Positions 6,461 to 11,709 of a stretch of DNA of 11,709 nt are shown piece after piece. The translations under genes and the position numbers were made by a program. A model generated the notes under the pieces. That model saw only the letters and a program-made list of their open reading frames with translations, did not search any database and was not told the DNA's origin. Positions within the stretch are counted from its first letter, which is position 1; every line of letters starts with the position of its first letter. The DNA comes from a virus, in the UHGV virus genome UHGV-0058547; one strand, given 5' to 3'.

Positions 6461-7408
6461 ATGCCCCGCTACAAAAAAGGTATCCGTAATAATTGCTTTC
6501 ATCAAAATTATACTCATGACGTATTGTTCCCCGGCGCAACATTCAGAACCCGACATAATGGAGAATGCGCCATTCTTGGCCGCTCTGATGATAAATCAAG
6601 GCGAGGCTATTATGTCGTGGAATTCAAAGACAGTGGCATCATCAAGGAAGCCTATGGCTCGCATATTAAAACTGGTTCTGTATCAGACGAAGCTTTTCCA
6701 TCATCGGAGGAAGAACGACGAAAGTTACTGATGACACCAAAATATTACGGCGTCGGATATATTGGTAATGGATGTCATTCAACTATTGAAAACACCCGAA
6801 CACACCAAAGAACGAGAGCATTCATACTCTGGCATAACATGCTGGCAAGGTGCTACATGACAACCAAAGGGAAGCAGTATTTTAAAGGCTACAAAGGTGT
6901 CACTGTATGCGAGCGATGGCATAACTTTCAGAACTTCTGCAATGACCTTCCAAAATTGCATGGCTACAACAAATGGAAGGATAATCCGGGAGAGTATGAG
7001 CTCGATAAGGATTACTCACATCGCCGGATTTATTCTGCTGACACGGTGGCATTTATCAGCACAGAAGAAAATGCCAGGGAAGCTGGATTACGACGCGTTG
7101 CCATGAAGATTCCTTCCGGGCATTATCATGAAATAAATAAAATTCGAGATGAGATATTAATGGAGGCTGAAGATGAATTAAAAAACAATCAAATTCATTA
7201 TGAAGTTGTTCTTGACGGGAATATGAAAGTAATCCTGTGTGAAACTCCTTATGGCACAGTGTTGTTCTGGCCTCTCACAAAAAAGATTCAGCGTAATTGC
7301 TACATGATTGATGGTGATGTACAGGTTTATGTTTATTACCTGCGCTGGCTCATACTTCAGTGGGAAAACAGAAATCCCGACATAAACTGTGTTGCTACAA
7401 CCTGTTGA
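6461..7408 (+). CDS. 315-aa protein with central degenerate HNH_3-like module; putative DNA-binding protein or inactive homing-endonuclease relative
   Basis: AGGAG 7 nt upstream of the ATG. Central motif W-HNM-LARCY ... YFKGYKGVTVCERWHNFQNFCND ... YELDKDYSHRRIYSADTVAFISTEENAR matches the phage HNH_3-family pattern W..M..RC ... YGGRGI.VC..W..F..F ... IDRID.DGNY.P.NCRW.T..EQ..N (recalled), but the canonical catalytic residues are not evident. Confidence 0.6.
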   Translation: MPRYKKGIRNNCFHQNYTHDVLFPGATFRTRHNGECAILGRSDDKSRRGYYVVEFKDSGIIKEAYGSHIKTGSVSDEAFPSSEEERRKLLMTPKYYGVGYIGNGCHSTIENTRTHQRTRAFILWHNMLARCYMTTKGKQYFKGYKGVTVCERWHNFQNFCNDLPKLHGYNKWKDNPGEYELDKDYSHRRIYSADTVAFISTEENAREAGLRRVAMKIPSGHYHEINKIRDEILMEAEDELKNNQIHYEVVLDGNMKVILCETPYGTVLFWPLTKKIQRNCYMIDGDVQVYVYYLRWLILQWENRNPDINCVATTC

Positions 7409-7589
7409 TGATGCTATAAAATAGTCATAAAATAACCGGCATTTCACAATGCTATCTATTAATAAGAAGAAACGAACATTCAGGATGTATCTGTAATTCC
7501 GCTGTTGCAGTGATTTTCTGTGCCAGAAAACAAGTGACAACGTCTGGCAGCTCATTGCAGAAGGCTAAATGCCAGCACTTCGTGCAGTC

Positions 7590-7619
7590 ATTTAACATGT
7601 TCAACACATTATGCGCACC
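7590..7619 (-). other. dif-like XerC/XerD recombination site (site 1)
   Basis: Minus strand reads GGTGCGCATAA-TGTGTTGA-ACATGTTAAAT. XerC arm 11/11 to E. coli dif; XerD arm 9/11, with the last 9 nt ATGTTAAAT identical; 8-nt central region. Confidence 0.7.
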
Positions 7620-7657
7620 AATGGTAAGGATGGCGGGAACTGGCGTTACCGGTGCCG

Positions 7658-7891
7658 TCATTGGTCACAGACCGTAATCCACTGGCCCAGGACGTCTTTC
7701 AGGCAATGTTGGCATAAATCCAGTTTTAAGCGATTACTGTCACCAAAAATTGAACCGTATCCAGCTAAGTGATTAACAGACAGAAACTCATTGAACTCAA
7801 TGTCATCTACCACCGTCTTCGCATGGCGACCACAGCGATCGCAGGTCTTCGCACATAACATTACAGTATCGCTGGATGTGAAAAATTGCAT
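7658..7891 (-). CDS. 77-aa Cys-rich protein (CxxxCxxC ... CxxC); putative zinc-binding protein
   Basis: AGGAG 5 nt upstream of the ATG at 7891; six cysteines including C-x2-C pairs at residues 17/20 and 60/63. Same orientation as the phage core, downstream of gIV. Confidence 0.55.
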   Translation of the reverse strand: MQFFTSSDTVMLCAKTCDRCGRHAKTVVDDIEFNEFLSVNHLAGYGSIFGDSNRLKLDLCQHCLKDVLGQWITVCDQ

Positions 7892-8008
7892 TTTATCTCC
7901 TCGTAATGCTGCCGCGCCGAATCAGCAATAACGCTAAAAAAACAGAATTGTTCGGCTTGGCCAACCCCTGACACTAACAAAAGCAAGTTTTGTCATTGTC
8001 CGGGGTTA

Positions 8009-8317
8009 TCATATAAACCAATAGACCGTCCTTACGCCATTCTGGTTATCAATAACATAGCCGCATTGTTTCCTTAAAAATTCTTCTGCTAAATCAATGG
8101 CTTTTACAGAAATCTCATAAGAAGGAAGTAAAGTGTATCCTTTCCCTTCACTGGCAGCTGCTTTGATCGCATCCAGAGTATTATCAATCAGTAACAGAGC
8201 AAGTGATGCTTCATTTACCTGAGCCGAAGAACTTCTGGCTGCAAGTGTCATTGTTTTTGCTTCTTCCGCTGTAATCGTTCGTTCTGCCAGAGCAGATAAA
8301 ATCCCATAAGAATCCAT
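8009..8317 (-). CDS. 102-aa hypothetical protein
   Basis: ORF in phage orientation immediately downstream of the gIV-end hairpin; weak GGGG RBS; no recognisable motif. Confidence 0.4.
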   Translation of the reverse strand: MDSYGILSALAERTITAEEAKTMTLAARSSSAQVNEASLALLLIDNTLDAIKAAASEGKGYTLLPSYEISVKAIDLAEEFLRKQCGYVIDNQNGVRTVYWFI

Positions 8318-8342
8318 TAGTTACCCCAATCAATAATGTCCA

Positions 8343-8391
8343 TTTGATGGATAGCGAGCAGGGCTCACGCACCTACCCGCTATCCATCAAA
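8343..8391. repeat. Perfect 14-bp inverted repeat (TTTGATGGATAGCG ... CGCTATCCATCAAA) with 21-nt spacer, overlapping the gIV stop
   Basis: 8343-8356 is the exact reverse complement of 8378-8391. Position corresponds to the start of the Ff intergenic region (gIV terminator / packaging-signal hairpins). Confidence 0.6.
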
Positions 8392-9652
8392 GTGGACGAA
8401 TGATATGTGCTGTAAGCAAAATATACATAATACGCTGTTCATTGCTGTCTGCCTTGCTACTGAAAATCCAGCCTATAAGAGGAATTTTACTTATAACTGG
8501 AACTGAACGCTCGGCATTGCTGAACGATGAATCGATAAGCCCCCCCAATAACAACGTCTGACCATCCTTAATCTGGACTGTCGTCTGAATCTGGCGCTGA
8601 TTAGTAATAATATCGGATGCCTGATCATCATTGCTGATTGAATCAGCGCGAGTGTCGATAGTCAGAACTAGTTGCCCGTTACCCATGACAACAGGCGTTA
8701 CCTTGAGAGAAACGCCAACATCATGACGCTCGATAGTCTGAAACGGATTATTTACCCCGGCAGATTCGCCCGTTACCTTTCCGGTGATAAACGGCACATT
8801 CTTACCTACGGAAATGTAACCAGTCTGACCAGACTGAGTAAGAATACGCGGCGTTGAAATCACCTTAGAGCGTGAATTACTCTGGACAGCACGCAGAGAC
8901 AGCGCCAACACGTTACCATCAAAAATACCAAAAGAACCGCCCGCCGTAGAAAGAGCGCTACCCAGTGCAGAAGTATTAAAGCCCCCCGCAACCTTATGAC
9001 CGGATGCAGAACCTGCCGCAAACGATAAATCAACGCCATCAGACAAGCTGGTTTCAAACATCAGCGACTGAATGAGAACCTGATCGCGGGCAACATCCAC
9101 AGAATTGATAAAATCGGACAGAACCGGCAGCAGCTCGTCAGGCGCAGAAACAATCAGCGAGTTATTGCCTGGATAATCCACGACATTACCACCACCATTA
9201 GAATCAAGATAAATTTTAATCAGTTGCTGAACATCGGACGATCTAACTTTTGTCAGCTTAAAATTTCTGACCGTAAGCGCCACAGGTACTGGCTGGTAAG
9301 ATGGCTCAGAAGGAAAAGTATCATAAGACTGGTTATCAGAATCATCGGAATCCGAAACCATCTGTGAAGGTAATTTAGACGGCAAAGAGACTACCGCAGG
9401 ATTGCCAGAAAGCATGACAAAACCGTTAGCATTCAGAACAGACTTAAAGAAATCATCAATATTTGTTGGATTAACATCAGCATTAAATACGGTTACGTTT
9501 CCTTTAATATCAGGATTAACAATAACAGGCTTGCCAGTTTTTGAAGAATACCACTGAACAAATGAGCGAACAGATGAATTATTTAAATTAACAGTTTCAG
9601 CAGAAACGCAGAATGAACAGGCAAATAAAAAAGCAACAATAACAGAGCGCAT
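8387..9652 (-). CDS. gIV: Secretin pIV (phage export channel)
   Basis: 421 aa from ATG 9652 (AGGAG 8 nt upstream). N-terminus MRSVIVAFLFACSFCVSAETVNLNNSSVRSFVQWY parallels M13 pIV MKLLNVINFVFLMFVSSSSFAQVIEMNNSPLRDFVTWY; conserved secretin core GGSFGIFDGNVLALSLRAVQSNS..., VPFITGKVTGESAGVNNPFQTIERHDVGVSLKV, DGQTLLLGGL, IPLIGWIFSS (recalled). The track start at 9745 is a spurious upstream extension overlapping gI. Confidence 0.93.
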   Translation of the reverse strand: MRSVIVAFLFACSFCVSAETVNLNNSSVRSFVQWYSSKTGKPVIVNPDIKGNVTVFNADVNPTNIDDFFKSVLNANGFVMLSGNPAVVSLPSKLPSQMVSDSDDSDNQSYDTFPSEPSYQPVPVALTVRNFKLTKVRSSDVQQLIKIYLDSNGGGNVVDYPGNNSLIVSAPDELLPVLSDFINSVDVARDQVLIQSLMFETSLSDGVDLSFAAGSASGHKVAGGFNTSALGSALSTAGGSFGIFDGNVLALSLRAVQSNSRSKVISTPRILTQSGQTGYISVGKNVPFITGKVTGESAGVNNPFQTIERHDVGVSLKVTPVVMGNGQLVLTIDTRADSISNDDQASDIITNQRQIQTTVQIKDGQTLLLGGLIDSSFSNAERSVPVISKIPLIGWIFSSKADSNEQRIMYILLTAHIIRPL

Positions 9653-9659
9653 AATAATA

Positions 9660-10754
9660 TTACTCCTGACAGGTAACAGTCTGTAAATAACGGCCTTTTC
9701 TAATAACAACACGACAGGCATCTTTAATATCAACGGAATAACCATCTTTAATCAAATCAAAATACTGATATTTCATACCTTTTGCATCAACAAACGTAAC
9801 GGAAACGTCAAAGCCAAGTTGTGAAAAAGAATTAATAGAAAGTCGGGGTAAGTCACTGGACGAATCAGGCGTTACCGCCCTCGCCTGTTCAGCATAAGCA
9901 GATTTAATAGCTGAGATTTCATCAACATTCTTTCCAGACTGGAGCCAGAAACCAAACGCAAGCCCCAGCGCCAAAAAAGAAAGCATTAATATAAGACGGT
10001 TCGATTTGCGAAAATAAATTTTAGTGAGGCGCATATAATAATTAAATCCTCTGTGAACAGAAAATTGACCGTGCGTGATAAATGGTGGCAAAAGCGAAAA
10101 TGCGCCATGAGGATAATTATCTGTGAACGCTTGTTTGGTATTGTAAGCAGAATAAAGAGATTTTCCTGTATATATCCATTTATCAACAGTGATTGAATTA
10201 ACATTATCACCATATTTGACAATGCCAAAGTGTACCTTTGGTAAAGAAAATCTCGCCCCTGAAACCAAATTCATAATGGAGCCAACAAAAGGAATGTTTA
10301 ATTTATCTGAACGGCGACAATAAACAACATGCTCAGCAAGCGCCAGACGAGCTTGCTTATCCATTATCGAAATATCCTGAATCAAAAATATAATATCCCA
10401 GCCTAATTTTCTGGCATGTAAAAACCAGTCAATAACAGGTTGTCTGTCTTTATCACCCCATGAGCGGGAATTAAACCAAGTACCACATTCATCAAGTACA
10501 AGGAGGCCATTACGGGATTCATCGTAAGATGTATTCCCAATACCAATAGCAAGTAAATCATTTAATGAAGGCTTGTCAGGAATGCGAATAACGCGCGTTT
10601 TTTTCGCATAACGCCCAACCATAGGCATATTATGCAATTTAAGATCAAGATTAGTGGCAACAGGACAACCCTTAGCAAGTCTTTCCTGTATTCTGGAAAC
10701 ACTAACAAGTGTCTTGCCTGAGCCTAATTTGCCTGTTACTACATAAACCGCCAT
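9660..10754 (-). CDS. gI: Assembly ATPase pI (Zot-like)
   Basis: MAVYVVTGKLGSGKTLVS... with Walker A; long colinear similarity to M13 pI MAVYFVTGKLGSGKTLVSVGKIQDKI...LLVLDECGTWFNTRSW...DWFLHARKLGWDIIFLVQD...AEHVVYCRR (recalled). ATG immediately follows the gVI stop (TAAATG). Confidence 0.93.
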   Translation of the reverse strand: MAVYVVTGKLGSGKTLVSVSRIQERLAKGCPVATNLDLKLHNMPMVGRYAKKTRVIRIPDKPSLNDLLAIGIGNTSYDESRNGLLVLDECGTWFNSRSWGDKDRQPVIDWFLHARKLGWDIIFLIQDISIMDKQARLALAEHVVYCRRSDKLNIPFVGSIMNLVSGARFSLPKVHFGIVKYGDNVNSITVDKWIYTGKSLYSAYNTKQAFTDNYPHGAFSLLPPFITHGQFSVHRGFNYYMRLTKIYFRKSNRLILMLSFLALGLAFGFWLQSGKNVDEISAIKSAYAEQARAVTPDSSSDLPRLSINSFSQLGFDVSVTFVDAKGMKYQYFDLIKDGYSVDIKDACRVVIRKGRYLQTVTCQE

Positions 10755-11096
10755 TTAAATCACCCTGTTTGCATAATCAAGAAATTTTTGTTTTAAATCG
10801 AAAACAAAAACACTGATACGAGTAACCATAATAACGTTAACACACGCCTGAAAATGGTCAGGCAATACAGACGCCATTAAATGGGAGAAATCAGCAGGTA
10901 AACCGTTATACATGACCTCAGCAAGGTACTGCATTAAAAGCGTAACAGTTGTTGTAATTAATGCGACCAATGCAAAGGCGATTAATCCTGTTCTGGTAGC
11001 AAGTCGAGCTAAAAAAACCGCCACATAGCCAATAAACAAAGGAACAAGACCAATAAGAAAACGCAACAATGCAGGAATACCTAATAATAAAGGCAT
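10755..11096 (-). CDS. gVI: Minor coat protein pVI
   Basis: MPLLLGIPALLRFLIG... versus M13 pVI MPVLLGIPLLLRFLGF... (recalled). ATG at 11096 overlaps the gIII TGA by one base; the track's GTG at 11099 is one codon upstream. Confidence 0.88.
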   Translation of the reverse strand: MPLLLGIPALLRFLIGLVPLFIGYVAVFLARLATRTGLIAFALVALITTTVTLLMQYLAEVMYNGLPADFSHLMASVLPDHFQACVNVIMVTRISVFVFDLKQKFLDYANRVI

Positions 11097-11709
11097 CACT
11101 CACCCCCTTTGCGAAGCAATGAAGTTAAAGAAGTAAAGACATACCAGAACGTAAGGCAATAAAAAACCCATGAAAGAACATCTTTAATAGTCAGTAATTT
11201 ATCGCAACCAATATCAATCTGATAAACCTCTCCGGGAAAAATAATAAAATCAGAGCAGCCGTTACCATTGGGTAAATTAGGCAGCATAGCACCTTTATTT
11301 AAAAATGCTTCCCATAAAGCACCGTGAGAATCCTTTTCAATTCCCAATTCAGAATCAGCTAAAGTAGAAGCGCCATCTAATTCAGAGTCGCCCTTTCCAT
11401 AACGAGAATCACCACCTGAAGGGTCAGCAAAACGGCCAGCCCCCCGCGTAAGATTGTTAATGGAATCGTCAAGACGATTTATATTATTCCTGGTTTGTTC
11501 ATCGGCATTTTTTTTATCATCTGATGAAGTGTCTTTCTCCGTTAATTTATCATGAATATCGCTGGCTATTTTGGGTGAAGCACCTTCGATCGCAGACTGA
11601 ATATCACCTTTAGAAAGACTGGAACCACTAGAGCCACCGCCAGAACTACCGCCAGAACTACCGCCAGAACTACCGCCAGAACTACCGCCACCGGACTCAC
11701 CACCGGACT
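11096..11709 (-). CDS. gIII: Adsorption/minor coat protein pIII, C-terminal portion (partial; ORF enters from the right edge)
   Basis: Frame is open from the window edge to the TGA at 11096-11098 (translated by hand). C-terminus ...NLPNGNGCSDFIIFPGEVYQIDIGCDKLLTIKDVLSWVFYCLTFWYVFTSLTSLLRKGGE parallels M13 g3p ...ECRPFVFGAGKPYEFSIDCDKINLFRGVFAFLLYVATFMYVFSTFANILRNKES (recalled). Preceded by (GGSS)n and GGES linker repeats. Confidence 0.88.
   Translation of the reverse strand, partial: SGGESGGGSSGGSSGGSSGGSSGGGSSGSSLSKGDIQSAIEGASPKIASDIHDKLTEKDTSSDDKKNADEQTRNNINRLDDSINNLTRGAGRFADPSGGDSRYGKGDSELDGASTLADSELGIEKDSHGALWEAFLNKGAMLPNLPNGNGCSDFIIFPGEVYQIDIGCDKLLTIKDVLSWVFYCLTFWYVFTSLTSLLRKGGE
11641..11688 (-). 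repeat. Four tandem 12-nt repeats (cagaactaccgc) encoding the (GGSS)n linker of pIII
   Basis: Direct reading of 11641-11688; minus-strand translation gives alternating GG/SS. Confidence 0.9.

Larger units (their letters stand above)
4397..7589. mobile_element. 3.2-kb module flanked by direct dif-like sites; candidate Xer-dependent satellite (IMEX-like) or co-integrated cargo
   Basis: Bounded by two same-orientation dif-like sites that share an identical 16-nt XerC side (TTGGTGCGCATAATGT). Contains the TolA-like gene, the LexA-box-like site and the HNH_3-like gene. Locally GC-richer than the phage core by eye. Confidence 0.4.
1..11709 (-). mobile_element. Ff/IKe-like filamentous phage (inovirus) unit, circularly permuted; core gene order gII-gV-gVII-gIX-gVIII-gIII-gVI-gI-gIV on the minus strand
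   Basis: Recognisable homologues of M13/IKe pII, pVIII, pIII, pVI, pI and pIV in canonical order and orientation, with pVII/pIX-sized hydrophobic ORFs between the gV-position ORF and gVIII. Gene III is interrupted by the window edges. Confidence 0.9.

Noticed and set aside
6384-7106. ORFs 6384..6731(+), 6779..6961(-) and 6897..7106(+)
   Set aside because: Alternative-frame or antisense ORFs within the HNH_3-like gene.
7178-7661. Minus-strand ORFs 7178..7555 and 7452..7661
   Set aside because: Antisense to the 3-prime end of the HNH_3-like gene or running across the dif-like site; no RBS.
8672-9057. ORFs 8672..8857(+) and 8860..9057(-)
   Set aside because: Embedded in gIV out of frame or antisense.
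9653-9745. Track start of gIV at 9745, 31 codons upstream
   Set aside because: Would overlap gI by 86 nt; the ATG at 9652 has an AGGAG RBS and matches the pIV signal peptide.
9986-10228. 80-aa minus-strand ORF inside gI (other frame)
   Set aside because: Alternative frame within gI; the Ff gXI product is an in-frame internal start, not this ORF.
10918-11103. 61-aa minus-strand ORF
   Set aside because: Alternative frame overlapping gVI.
1-11709. CRISPR array, tRNA or rRNA genes
   Set aside because: The only tandem repeats are coding Gly/Ser-linker repeats in gIII; no spacer-repeat architecture and no tRNA- or rRNA-like sequence was recognised.

Overview
The window is one circularly permuted unit of an Ff/IKe-like filamentous phage (inovirus), either a replicative form or one period of a prophage array. 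All core genes lie on the minus strand in canonical order: gII, a gV-position ORF, gVII, gIX, gVIII, gIII, gVI, gI (Zot-like) and gIV (secretin). Gene III is split across the window edges: its 5-prime part is 699..1 and its 3-prime part is 11709..11096, and both edges fall in Gly/Ser-linker repeats. Where Ff phages have a short intergenic region between gIV and gII, this element carries about 5.7 kb of accessory DNA (2616..8386). Most accessory genes are on the plus strand, opposite to the phage genes. The accessory region contains: (a) a ribbon-helix-helix regulator divergent from gII, followed by three membrane or zinc-ribbon proteins; (b) two dif-like XerC/XerD sites in direct orientation (4364..4396 and 7590..7619) bracketing a 3.2-kb module; (c) within that module, a signal-peptide protein whose C-terminus resembles TolA domain III, the periplasmic co-receptor of filamentous-phage pIII, plus a LexA-box-like palindrome and a degenerate HNH_3-like protein; (d) two extra small ORFs downstream of gIV. 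The most interesting hypotheses are a secreted TolA decoy (superinfection exclusion or colicin tolerance), Xer-dependent integration with a piggy-backing satellite module, and a membrane exclusion module. All homology statements rest on by-eye comparison with sequences recalled from memory and need a database search to confirm.
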